A stretch of DNA of 64,000 bases from the human T2T-CHM13v2.0 reference genome, Homo sapiens. This document shows, one piece after another, positions 14,060 through 27,969 of the stretch. The stretch is taken from NCBI RefSeq assembly GCF_009914755.1, contig NC_060925.1, one strand, 5' to 3'. A model generated the notes under the pieces. It was not told the origin of the DNA. It was given only the letters and a program-made list of their open reading frames with translations, and searched no databases. The position numbers were made by a program, and so were the translations under genes. The stretch's first letter is position 1, and each line of letters opens with the position of its first letter.

Positions 14060-14530
14060 AGGTGCAGCAAATCAGTGCCACATCCAGTCAATTATGAAAA
14101 GCCAAAAAGGTCTTTTGTCTTTTTCTCTGCACATTTGGATAAAACATCTTTGTTTATGACTGTGTAACATCATTTCACCTGGATTTAACAACAGTAATCT
14201 GTCATATCTGGAATTAATTTTGATTCATGGCCAAGTGCCCTTATAAATCTACTGATGAATTTTCCTGATGTTTTGAGTGAGTAAGCTCCTTGTTGGGCTG
14301 GGCACGTGCTCATTGGCTGCAGCTGTGAATTCCATACCCAGTACATCCTGTAAATCTGGCGTAATCTGTAAAATAAATGGCGAGCCAGATTCTCAGACTA
14401 GCAGAGCTAGAAGTGACAGGGCCACTGCATATAATCTTGCAATCTGGGCACTGGAAAACTCTAGGGGGAGCCATTGACACATTTTATGATGTAAATGGTG
14501 CCCACTAGGGTTAATTAAACCACAATCTTC
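14060..14530. promoter_or_regulatory. Candidate conserved developmental enhancer (block A)
   Basis: No recognisable repeat; PBX-HOX TGATTCATGG (14221), TGTCA/TGACAG TALE sites, TTTATGA x2, TAATTAA; conservation is inferred, not measured. Confidence 0.5.
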
Positions 14531-14671
14531 TCTTTCTCAGAGTCTAAGAGTTCTCGGGCCAACTTTTCAGTCACGTATTTCCTCACTTTTATTTTTTCTG
14601 TTTTTCATCCATTCCTGAGGCCAGCTGAGGTTTTTACATGTTTGTACTTGGTTGCTGGCATGGCATAGTAT

Positions 14672-15008
14672 TGTATTTGTCAGGGTAGACTAGGTTGCAT
14701 GCACTGCAGTAACCAACTGCCTCAGCATCTCAGAGGCTTATGTAACAAAGGTTTATTTCTTGCTTAGTCTTCATGCCCATTATTAGGGCTGTGCATTGCT
14801 CCAAGTCATCCTCAGATCCAGGCGGATTTTTTCCTCATAGAGGACAGGGTGAACCACACACTTTCTTTTAAGGCTTCTGTTTGCATTCCATTGGTTAAAG
14901 TAGTTCACATGGCTATGTTAGCTTGAAAGAAGGGCAAGGAAACATAACCTTATAAGACCCAAAGGATGGGCCCCAGATCACCTGTGAACAGCTCTAATGA
15001 CGGCCACA
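14672..15008 (-). mobile_element. MLT1 (MLT1K/J-like) solo LTR
   Basis: tgtatttgtcagg...ctgcagtaac...aacaaaggtttatttcttgct...cattccattggttaaagtagttcacatggct...gtgaacagctctaatgacggccaca. Confidence 0.7.
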
Positions 15009-15009
15009 G

Positions 15010-15190
15010 GTGTAGTGGAGAGGAATAGTGAAATCATGGATTTTGAGCTTAGTCAGAAGTTCAAATCCTGGTTCTGCTTCTCACTGGATGTTTAGTAACT
15101 TGCAAGCAAGTTGTGTAATCTCTCTGTGCCCCAGTTTCCTTACCTGTGTAAGAGAAGTTACTAGTATTTTCTCATGGATGATGGTGATAT
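15010..15190 (+). mobile_element. MIR
   Basis: gttcaaatcctggttctgc...ctctctgtgccccagtttccttacctgt. Confidence 0.8.
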
Positions 15191-15329
15191 GCCAGTTTTG
15201 TAGTAAGGGACCCTCAAAATTTCTTTTGTGTCTCTCTGCCCGCTCTCCACCTAGGGTCCCCCATAGTGCCTACACTTTGTATCAGTCTGCTTAATAAGGG
15301 GAGATACTGTCCCTGTCTCCCAGCCAACA

Positions 15330-17730
15330 AACAAGAAAGCCCTGGTGACATTTGCCAAAGCTCATGAAAATAGCTATTAGGAAGGCAAACTGTGCTTAGA
15401 ATAATATTAATTGGACTTTAAGCTCATTAGGAATTAAAAACAGCAACAAAATTTTCACCTCTAGCATAAGGGGAAAAAAATCCTTGAGAGCCACATAGCT
15501 CCCCACTAAAATGCATAGCTGCTGACCGTCTGTAAATGCCCAGAGGATTCTCTTTGCCTGGCTACAGAGGTTCAGGATAACATAGCAGATGCGAATGACT
15601 TCAGGATACCTTTCATGCTTGGCAGGCGTCCCCATTTTATTTATGATATCAAAGCTGCTATGCTGTGTTCTCTTCTGCTGAAGACATAAAAGAGATTCAG
15701 AAGTCATCCAAATCATCTTGTAATTAATGTTACCATGCACGCCCAGGACATTAAAATGTTAACAGTGTTAGAATCGTGTGCTTTGGAATACCGAGTGAGG
15801 GCTTTATTAGAGAGAAATGCTCAGCAGATGTCATCCACCCTAATTGAGGACATCAGGGTGCCTGCTGCTTGTTCTTATCAGTGGTGCAGAGTGTTTTTTT
15901 TTTAATTTATTCATTTTCTTTACTGCTAGAGTCTGCTCTCATTATTAGACTATCTTGTCACTCATTTGCATTTCAAGTGCTGGGACTGGGGGGGAGCAGC
16001 TATCTGCCTTAGAAGAACACTTCAAGGGTTACTCTATCAAATAGCAGCACTGTAGCACAGTGATTCTGACATCTGGGTTATCTTATTCCCAGATGCTCTG
16101 TGGTGTCATTAGCAGGATTAATCTTAGCTTTAATTTCATAATGATTCTTATTCTAATATATGTGAATGAACACAAAGTCTCTTGACTCATTATCACCAAT
16201 TTACCCAAGATATGTAATCAGGCTCTTACATTCACCAACATTTATTTTTGCTAATACATCTAAAATTGTAGATTAAGCAAATATAGTTAGTTCCAGCTGA
16301 GTGAATGCCTACCGAGGTAGCACTGTAGTATTTATGTTTTAATTAAAGTACATTAATGGCGTTGTTTTTAAATATGTACTGACCAGAAATGTGTTCACGG
16401 GGAATAGTAAAGTCGTTGTTCAAGCAGGGTCCAGCTGTAAAATTAGTCACAGCAGCATTACATTAGAAGCCACTACCCACTTCTTTTTCAAATTATTGAA
16501 ATTCCCTTTGCTAATTAGGTTTTTAACCTTTATAAACAAGATGGAGATACACAGCCTTAATTCCAAACAACTCTGCTCCCCTAAGGAAACAGAACGGCAA
16601 GTCCTTAATGGTGAGTGTAATTGCGATAAGCCTTGTTGTTTTCATTCCCATTCAAGGTTAACTTGTCACATCAAATATTGTCACTTTTAGTTTATGATCC
16701 AGGGTTGGCAACAAACCATTTCCCCTATCATTTGACACTGAGTGTGGTCATGTACTAGTGGGAGTGAGGGGGTGGGAGAAGAGATGGTGATGCAATAGCA
16801 AATTCCAAATTCTTCCTTGTTTACTTCAACACTGGACTCACTTTTTTCATTTGCCAGATGTTGTCGCCCAGCAGCATGTAGTGCTTTATTATTGATGGAT
16901 AAAATGTTCAAACATTTAAAGAAATGAAAGTCAGCTTTGCATTTTTAATTAATTAATTAAAAGTACTGTAAATGCCAGCTTGTTAATTGCTTTGCACCTG
17001 CAAGCCAACACAGGTTTTGTGCACTCTTTCTTTGAATATTAAATTTTTTCTCGCATGTCTTTATAATGCTTGGGAAGTCTCTCCAGCAAACATATTAGTA
17101 AAGAGTAAATATTGAATCTTAGACAAAACTCATGGCTTCATCTTTCACTGTACCCAGAATAGGATTTAAAGGAGGATTTAGATTTCCAAGGCTTCTAATT
17201 AAGTAGTGATAATCAGGCTTTCTGCTGAGGGTCACTTCCTGGGAGTAATTTGAGTTATTAAAATGCATGTTTTTGTTTGTTCTGCTTTGCGAGCTAAAAC
17301 CGATCCCTTTTAATATAGCAGCAAATATGCAAATTGGTGTTTCATTATATTGTGCAATTTATGGCAATCTTCTCTAATTTATTGAAAGGTCAGGAGCCTG
17401 ACCTTGTCATTCAAATTTTTTTTCTGGTAAAGCTAAACTAATTATGTGGATTTTAAAAAAATTTATGAAACTCTGAAAGTGTGCAGCATGGTAAAGAATG
17501 TGACAAATTTAACTTTCATTTAGCTTTCATATTCATCAAGACGGCCTTCGGTTTTATTTGGATCCTAGCAGGGAAGAATAGGTGATTTAGGAATCAGTTG
17601 GTTTTAAGTACTGAAAAAAGAAGGTAAAAAAATTCTTCTATCTCAGAAAAACATGGCAGCCAGAATAGCTTAGCCTTACTGAAATAATTAATGTGTACAT
17701 GCTTTAAATTGACATTGGCCAGAAAATATT
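15330..17730. promoter_or_regulatory. Candidate conserved enhancer cluster (block B), about 2.4 kb with no recognisable repeat
   Basis: Octamers ATTTGCAT 15964 and ATGCAAAT 17327, TCAAGTG 15973, GGATTAATCT 16115, TGATGGAT 16893, many TAAT and TGTCA sites, nuclear-receptor palindrome 17386-17405. Confidence 0.55.
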
Positions 17731-17946
17731 AAAAAGAATGATCACAGGCTCAACAGCTATGTATCTTTGCTCTGTAAAGAAATGAAAGAAATGGGGAAAT
17801 ATAAAATCAGTGCAAAGATAAAAGTCTCATCAAACAACAAAAAAAGAACAAACACAATTGAACACAAGATCAGGGATACAGCGGTTAGAAAATCACCCAA
17901 AATAAAATAAAAAAGAAGAAATAAAAATGAATAAGGAGTTTTATTG

Positions 17947-18880
17947 TTTATGGTCTTTGATCCATTCTGAAGTAATGTTTGTATATGGTGTTAGGTAAAG
18001 ATACAACTTCATTCTTTTGCATGTGATATCCAATTTATCCAGCACCATTTGTTGAAAAACCTGTCCTTTCCCTATTGAATGGTTCCTGGCACCATGTCAA
18101 AAATCATTTGACCATATATATGAGGGTTTATTTCTGGGCTTTCTATTCTATCTCATTGGTCTATATGTCAGTCTTCATGCCATCACCACACTGTTTTCAT
18201 TACTACAGCTTTGTAGTAAGTTTTGAAATCAAGAAGTGTGAGTCCTCTGGCTTTGTTCTCCTTTTTTAAGATTGTTTTAAATATTTAGAGTCCCTTGAGA
18301 TTCCATATGAAATTTGGGATGAGTTTTGCTATTTCTGCAAAGAAGTTCATTGCTATTTTGATAGAGATTGCATTAAATATATAGATCATTTTAGGTAGTA
18401 TCGATATCTTAACAATTTTAAGACTTCCGATCCACGAACATGGGATGTGTTTCCATTTATTTACGTCTTTTTAAATTTTTTTCAGCATTGTTTTGTAGTT
18501 GTCATTGTACAAATCGTTTACCTCCTTGGTTAAGTCAATTCTTAAGTATTTTATTCTTTTTGATGTTATTGTAAATTGGATTGTTTTTGTAATTTCCTTT
18601 CCAGATTATTCATTGTTGGTGTATATAAATGCAAGTGATTGTTGTGCATTAACTTTGTATCCTGCTACTTTGCTGAATTCACTTACTAGTTCTGTATATT
18701 TTTTGTGGAATTTTTAGGGTTTATCTACATATAAGATCATATCATCTACAAACAGAGATAATGTTAATTCTTCCTTTCCAATTTTGATGCCTTTTATTTC
18801 TTTTTCTTGTCTAACTCCTCTGGCTAGGATTTCCAGTACTGTGTTGAATAGTACTGGAGTTGTGAAAGTGAGTGTCCTTG
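17947..18880 (-). mobile_element. L1MB ORF2 segment, inverted 5' part of a twin-primed insertion
   Basis: ORF 18714-18974 (-) encodes [29 protein letters not shown]...LFVDD (RT). Confidence 0.88.
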
Positions 18881-19028
18881 GTAAAACTCTTAGAAGAAAA
18901 CATAGGGCAAAATCTTCACAACACTGCATTTGGCAATGATTTCTTGAATGTAACACCAAAGGCACAGATAACAAAAGAAAAAATAGACAAATTAGAATTC
19001 ATGAAAATTTAAAAAATTTTGTGCATCA

Positions 19029-19404
<376 letters not shown>

Positions 19405-19464
19405 TCATATATCTGATAAGGCATTAACATCTGGAATCTGGAATATATAGGGAACTCCTAAACT

Positions 19465-19495
19465 CAACAACAACAACAACAACAACAGCAACAAA
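19465..19495. repeat. (CAA)n microsatellite inside L1
   Basis: direct. Confidence 0.85.
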
Positions 19496-19998
19496 AAACA
19501 AGCAGGTTCAAACACAGGCAAAGGACTTGAATAGACATTTTTCTAAAGAATATATAAAAATGGCCAATCAGCACATAAAAATATGCTGAGCATCACTAAG
19601 CATTAGGGAAATGCAAATAAAAATCACAATGAGTTACTACCTGACATCCATTATGATGGTGCTATGTGCTAAAAGCAGAAAATGAACTTGGTGAGATTGT
19701 GGAAAAATTATAATTCTTCTGCTCCATTAATGGAAATATAAAATAGTACAGCTACTATGGAAAACAGCATGACAGTTCCTAAAAAAAATTAAAAATAAAA
19801 TCATCATGATACCCAAAATAATTGAAAGTAGGGTCTTGAAGAGATATTTGTACACCCATATTTATATCAGCATGGGTCACAATAGCTAAAACAGGGAAGC
19901 AACCTGTGTCTATTTATGGATGAATAGAGAAGAAAAATATGATATATCATGGAATATTATTATTCAGCATTAAAATGGAAGGAAATTCTGACACATGC

Positions 19999-22283
19999 TG
20001 TATTAGTCCATTCTCACACTGCTAATAAAGACATACCCAAGACTGGGTAATTTATAAAGGAAAGAGGTTTAATTGACTCAGAGTTCCACATGGCTGGGGA
20101 GGCCTCACAATCATGGTGGAAGGTAAATGAGAAGCAAAGTCAAGTCTTACGTGGCAGCAGGCAAAACAGCTTGAATCAGGGAACTCTCCTTTATAAAACC
20201 ATCAGATCTAATGAGACTTATTCACTATCACAAGAACAGCATGGGATAGACCCGCCCCCATGATTCAATTGCCTCCCACCAGGTCCCTCCCACAACACAT
20301 GGGAATTATGGGAGCTACAATTCAAGATGAGATTGGGGTGGGGACACAGACAAATCATATCATTCTGCCCTGGCCCCTCCCAAATCTCATGTCCTTGCAT
20401 TTCAAAATCAATTATGCCTTTCCAACAGTCCCCCAAAGTCTTAATTCATTTCAGCATTAACTCAGAAGTCCATAGCCCAAAGTCTGATCTGAGACAAGGC
20501 AAGTTCCTTCCACCTATGAGCCTGTAAAATGAAAAGCAAGTTGCTTCCTAGATACAACGGGAGTACAGGCATTGTGTAAATACAGCCGTACCAAATGGGA
20601 GAGAATGGCCAAAATGAAGGGGGTACCGGCCCCATGCACGTCCAAAATTCAGTGGGGCAGTCAAATCTTAAAGCTTCGAAATGATCTTCTTTGACTCCAG
20701 GTCTCAGATCCAGGTCACACTGATTCAAGAGGTGGGGTCCCACTGTCTTGGGCAGCATCTCCCCTGTAGCTTTGCAGGGTACAGCTCCTCTCCTGGCTAC
20801 TTTCATGGGCTGGTGTTGGGTGCCTGAGGCTTTTCCAAGTGCATGGTGCAAACTGTCAATGGATCTACCATTCTGGGGTCTGGAGGACGGTGGCCCTCTT
20901 CTCACAGCTCCACTAGGCTGTGCCCCAGTGGAGACTCTGTGTGGGGAATCCAACCCCACATTTCCCTTCCACACTGCCTTAGCAGAGGTTCTTCATGAAG
21001 GCCTCGCCCCTGCAGCAAACTTCTGCCTGGACTTCCAGGTATTTCCATACATCCTCTGAAATCTAGGTGGAGGTTCCCAAACCTCCATTTTTGACTTCTG
21101 TGCACCCACAGGACCAACACCATGTGTAAGCCACCAAGGCTTGGGGCTTGAACCCTCTGAAGCAATGGGCTGAGCTGTATGTTGGTCCCTTTTAGCCATG
21201 GCTGGAGATGAAACAGCTGGGATGTAGGGCACTATGTTTGGAGGCTGCATAAACAGGGGGGCCCTGGGTTCAGCCCACAAAACCATTTTTTCCTCCTAAG
21301 CCTCTGGGCCTGTGCTGGGAGGGGCTGCAGTGAAGGTCTCTGACATGCCCTGGAGACATTTTCCCTATTGTCTTGGTGATTAGCATTTGGCTCTTTGGTT
21401 ACTTATGCAAATTTATGCAGCTGGCTTGATTTTCTCCCCAGATACTGGGGTTTTCTTTTCTACTGCATTGCCAGGCTGCAAATTTTCCAAGCTTTTATGG
21501 TCTTTCACCTCTTGAATGCTTTGCCACTTAGAAATTTTTTCTACCAGATAACCCATATCATCTCCCTCAAAGTTCCACAGATATCTAGGGCAGGGGCAAA
21601 ATGCCACCAATCTCTTTGTATAGCAAGAGTGACCTTTACTCTGGTTCCCAACAAGTTCCTCATCTCTATCTGAGACCACCTCAGCCTGGACCTTATTTTC
21701 CATATGACTATCAGCATTTTGGTCAAAGTCATTCAACAAGTCTCTAGGAAGTTCCAAACTTTCCCACATCTTCCTGTCTTCTGAGATCTCCAAGTCTCTA
21801 GGAAGTTCCAAATGTTCCTACATTTTCCTCTCTTCTTCTGAGCCCTCCAAACTGTTCCAACCTCTGCCTGTTACCCAGTTCCAAAGTTGCTTCCAAATTT
21901 TGGGGTGTCTTTACAGCAGTGCCCCACTACCTGGTACCAATTTACTGTATTAGTCCATTCTCATGCTGCTAATAAAGACATGGGTAATTGATAAAGGAAA
22001 GAGATTTAATTGATTCACAGTTCCACGTGGCTGGGGAGGCCTCATGAGGAGCAAAGTCACATCTTACATGGAAGCAGGCAGGAGAGCTTGTGTAGGGGAA
22101 CTCCCCTTTATAAACCATCAGATCTCATGAGACTCATTCACTATAATCAGAACAGCATGGGAAAGACCCACCACCCCATGATTCAATTACCTCCCACCAG
22201 GTCCCTCCCTCAACACGTGGAAATTGTGGGAGCTACAATTATTCAAGATAAGATTTGGGTGGGGTCAGGGACAAACCATATCA
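19999..22283 (-). mobile_element. Complete THE1 (THE1B/C-like) MaLR provirus: LTR 19999-20362, internal 20363-21945, LTR 21946-22283
   Basis: Two tgtattagtcc...catatca LTRs around a THE1 internal region; perfect TSD catgc (19994-19998 / 22284-22288). Confidence 0.95.
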
Positions 22284-22765
22284 CATGCAGTAATATGGAT
22301 GAATCTTGAGGATACTGTGCTAGATGGAGCCAGATATGAAAGAACGTATATTACATAATTCAATTTATATGAGGTACTTAAGAATAGTAAAAATCACAGA
22401 GACAGAAAGGAGAATGGTGATTGAAGCAACTGAGGTCAGGGAGCATGAAGAGTTATTGTTTAATGTGTATAGAGTTTTAGTTTTATAAGATGAAAAAGAG
22501 TTATGGAAATGGATTGTGGTGACGGTTGCACATTATTAATGTATGTATTTAATACTACTGAATCATATACTTAAAATGGTTAAGAGAGTCACTTTTATGT
22601 TTTGTATATATTGCCACAATAAAAAATTAAAAAAATAAAAGAAAAAGAAACAGTGACAGATAAAAATGACAGATAGGAATATCTAACATGTATGCAATTG
22701 ATTTTTATAAAGAATAAAATAGCACTAATGAAAACATAAAATACTTACAGATAATATTGGAAACA

Positions 22766-23076
22766 GGCCAGGCACAGTGGCTCATGCCTGTAATCCCAGC
22801 ACTTTGGGAGGCCTGGGGGAGCAGATCACTTGAGGTCAGGAGTTCAAGCATAGCCTGGCCAACATGGTGAAGTCCCAGCTCTACCAAAAAAATCCAAAAA
22901 AAAAAAAAAGAGTTGGCTATGGTGGTGCATGCCTGTAGTCCCAGCCAGTCAGGAGGCTGAGGCAGAACTGCTTGAACCTGGGAGGTGCAGATTGCAGTGA
23001 GCCGAGATCGCACCACTATACTCCAGCCTGGGTGACTGGGTGACTGGGTGACAGAGCGAGACTCCCTCTCAAAAAA

Positions 23077-23094
<18 letters not shown>
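22766..23094 (+). mobile_element. Alu (Sz/Jb-like)
   Basis: Full dimer containing a triplicated ctgggtga 8-mer. Confidence 0.93.
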
Positions 23095-23110
<16 letters not shown>

Positions 23111-23166
23111 TATATTTTTCATATATATATACACACACATATATGAACATATATGTATATATGTTC

Positions 23167-23200
<34 letters not shown>
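23094..23200. repeat. (TA)n/(CA)n compound microsatellite at the Alu tail
   Basis: direct. Confidence 0.92.
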
Positions 23201-24117
23201 GAAACTTTCCTGCAAAAAAGACTTGACTCTTTGACTTGGCTCTTGAAGATGGCAAGAGCACACTGTGACCCAGAAAAAGCCTATCATGATCAAGCCACAT
23301 TATGACATAGTTTGGTGGCTTACTTAGTATTATTGAAAAAGATGGAATCCCTTGGCCTCCAGGTAGAAAAAGCATGGCAGAAAGGGAAAGTTCCTATCTA
23401 CAAGAAAAAAGTAAGGAGTGAAGGCAAGTTCACCTGGCCTCATCTGTGTGTTTGTGTAATTTGAAGTTGTCTTATTGGTAGAGTCTGGATTTTCACAGCT
23501 CCTTCATGGCCAGCAGAGCATGAGAGGAAGTGAGGGCAGAGCAAAGAGCAGGAGCTGGGATGATCACTAGCCCAAGGGAAAAACAGAATTCAGAAATCTG
23601 CTATTTTTTTTTAACAAAGACATTTATTTTGGAGAAAGGATTGATTGTAGATTTTGAAACTATTTTTATGATGTTTTCTCCTCTTGGTGCCAGCAAAAAA
23701 TGCAACTTTTCTAAGACTTTGAAAAGTTATTAGTAAACTGCCTGACATTCCTTCCTGATATCCTTATAGGTGTAAATATTTACAGAACTGGGAATGATCC
23801 TAATCCAAATCCATAAAATTGAATAACTTTTTTTCCAGTTTCTGATCAACATTAAATACATTAAGTGTACTCAGAATCAATGTTTGATTGTGATTAATGT
23901 TGATTTTATTAATCTTTAGGAAATAGATGATTTGTTTACAGATCACTGGTTTTAATAAGAAAAATAAATTCATCCTCCTAAGTCTCTGCATTCTAGTTTT
24001 TAACTTTGAGTTCTGCTTCTTCACTCTGGTTGTTTTGAGTGCTTTGTAGCATTATCTTACAGTTAATACCTTAAAATACATTTGTTCCATCAAGGGATGC
24101 AAAGCCTCATTTCCCTT

Positions 24118-24631
<514 letters not shown>

Positions 24632-25724
24632 TCATATCTCTTTTAGATGTCTCTTTTTGAAGCTTTTCCCATTTCTCCTAGAATTCTTGCCTTGATGTCA
24701 TATTCTATTAATGAGTAAGAGGGGAGCTGGCATTTGGATGAATGCCAGTAATGCAATGAATTCTTTCATCCCTTTTCAGTCCTCCTTCAGATACTAAGTT
24801 ATTCTTTTCCAATGTCTTTATCCTTTTAGGGTTTCCTTTAATGTTCTTATAACCAGAATTTTCATGGCGTGAAAATACTGATGGTATAAATTGGTGAAGG
24901 AAGAACATATGGCCAATGGCCATGCTGGCTGAGTTCCCATTAAGATCTACATAGATAATAAGAGAGATGTCTGAAATCCTGTGAAATATGACTTAAGCAT
25001 TATCTGCCCACAAAGGTATTTTAATCTCTTAGAACTCAGCCTCACAATGCCTCTTAAGATGATGACCTTTGAGTGGTACTCCTGCTCTGCAGAGGTGAAG
25101 ATGTTTCTGAACTGTTGTCATTAAGCTAATGACTTTGAGCTTAACTGACTGGAAGAATCTTTGACAAGTAATTTTAATGGAGAAGTCCATCTGCCAAGGG
25201 GTGGACCTTAAGTTAATCTCTTAGTGTCCTTTCCCAAGGGAGTCAATTTCTGTTGCCTAATGGGCAACTGTTTATCCTTGATTTGGGCTTTTTTGAAGAA
25301 CTTGATACCATAGGACAGTGTATGTGTGTGCTTATATTCTACTCAGTCTACCAAAAACTTCAACTCATGCTCAATGCTTGGCACCCAAGGCCTAATCTCC
25401 TGGAAAAATGTGATTTAATGTCATTATTATTATTTTTCAAAGCTCTTGAGCATAACTAAGCTACTGTTTGCCTTGTTTTCTAGCACTCCACATACTAGCT
25501 AGGGCTGGTGAACCTAGTGTTAGGAATTCAGGCAGCTCTGAGGCTTCCTTTGGACTGTGTTGGCTCACTCCTGTGTTTCCTTGACTAACAGTGCAAAAGG
25601 ATCAAGAAAGCTCTCTCCATAGGAAGTTTACTAGCAAGAACAGTAAATAACCTCTTAGGGCCTCAGATGTGCCAAGACCTCACTATACCACAGAACTTGT
25701 ACTAGAAAAGAAAAAAACTGGGCG

Positions 25725-26568
25725 CCCTTTCCATCAACTCAGTGAATGGTGCCACCATCCACCAAGCCAGAATTATCCTTGATTCCTCTCTTGCCCTCAT
25801 CACTCATATCTAAGTTACCACCAAGTCCTTTTGATTTTACCTCAAAAATGTCTTCTCCCCATCTCACTTCTGCACTCCAGTGCCGGGCTCTCATTAGCTC
25901 TCATTTGGATTATTGTAATAGTTTCCTGTTTCCCCGCATCCACTAATTTCCTCCTCCAGTCAATTCTCTTCATAGTAGCCAGTGCAATATGAAACATAAA
26001 TTAAATGATTTCACTCTCCTGTTTAAATCTCTAACAGTTTGCAATTCCCATCAGAATAAAACAGAAGTCTTTATCATGACCTTCAATGTCTTGAATAATC
26101 TAGCCCCTGCCTATCTCTCTCTCGGCACACTCCAGTCACACTGAATTCCTTTTGATGCCATGAGCACATCAAGCCCTGTCAATTCATTGTATGTGCTGTT
26201 TCTCTCTTCTGAAAATGTTTTTTCCCAAATTCTGCATGGATGATATCATCTCATTTTTCAGGGCTTAACTTAATTTGCACATATTTTGTTAAGTGTTCCC
26301 TTCATATCCTTTCTAAAGTAATTGTATCCCACCCCTTTTATTCTCCACTCAGCCCTCTGTTTTTTCTTTCTTACATCTTTAATCATTTATAATAATTTGT
26401 TTGTTTATTTACTTTTTTCCTCTCTGGAGAAATCTCAAGAGCACTTCAAGAGCAAGTACCCAGTCTGTCTTGTTTTGTTCACTGATATACACCCAGGACT
26501 TTTCACCCTGCCCAACAAATAATGCATTCATGCAACAAATATTTGTTTGAATGAATGAACAAATGAAT
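25725..26568 (+). mobile_element. L2 (L2a/b) 3' portion
   Basis: ctcagtgaatggtgccaccatccac...ggattattgtaatag...aaatatttgtttgaatgaatgaa terminus. Confidence 0.85.
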
Positions 26569-27208
26569 CTGTTCTTGCAGACCATGTATGAATGTAGAAC
26601 CCTTGCCTGTTGCACATGCACATGTTGTGCTCCCTTTTCACTTCAGATTTTTAAAGAAATACATCATATTTGGAAATATTTTATTTTCTGAATCCTTTGA
26701 ACTATAATTTGTCAAGTAAATGTCAATAGGTTTCAAAAAGTTGAAGTCTGTTATGTACCACTTAGTTCCACAAAGGCATGGTCTGGAAGATGACCTGTTG
26801 TTCCCCTATAAGTTTTGATTGCTAATAGAAGTTCAAAATAATCTAACCACAAACCAATTCAACCACAGACTTTCACAAGGTTCTGGTCACTTATGGCAAT
26901 ACATAGTGGTTTACATCAGCTACCAGAGTTTAGTAAGCCAACATAAAATGGATATTGATGAGAACTTTATAAGCAACATCTGTCAGTTGAAAAAATGACC
27001 TACCTGTGATTTATGACTAAGAAAACAATAAGATATACCTATTTCAAACGTTTCTTCCACTGGGAGAGACTACTGTGGGAGAAGCATGGGAATGGGAAAT
27101 TTGAATCAGATTATGCAAATATATATATTTTAAAGTGACATTGGAAGGGTACACTACTTACTTTTGGGTGTATTTGGGAGAATGGGTTTTTCCTGTTCTC
27201 TACATGTC

Positions 27209-27518
27209 TTTTTTTTTTTTTTTTTTTTTTTTGAGACAGAGTCTCACTCTGTTGCCCAGGCTGGAGTTGCAGAGGTGTGATCTTGGCTCACTGCAAACTC
27301 CGCCTCCAAGATTCAAATGATTCTTTTTCCTCAGCCTCCCTAGTAGCTGGGATTACAGGCCTGTGCCACCACGCCTGGCTAATTTTTGTATGTTTTTTAG
27401 TAGAGACAGGGTTTCTCCATGTTGGCCAGGCTGGTCTCGAACTCCTGACCTCAAGTGATCCGCCTGCCTAGGCCTCCCAAAGTGCTGGGATTACAGGTGT
27501 GAGCCACCGCACCCGGCC
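27209..27518 (-). mobile_element. AluS (Sx/Sz-like)
   Basis: Full reverse Alu with poly-T. Confidence 0.95.
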
Positions 27519-27622
27519 CATCTTGAATTCTATCACTTTTTGTTATTTCTGGCAGAAAAGGTCAAGACTAAGGAGTGCACTGAGATATTGGAGGAAGATA
27601 GAAGATTAGAAAAGGAAAAAGA

Positions 27623-27969
<347 letters not shown>

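Noticed and set aside
14060-17730. Assignment to a specific locus such as the POLA1/ARX ultraconserved cluster
   Set aside because: I found no matching coding exons in the window, so the locus cannot be identified without alignment
20218-22309. Cluster of 60-170 aa ORFs
   Set aside because: All lie within the THE1 LTR or internal sequence
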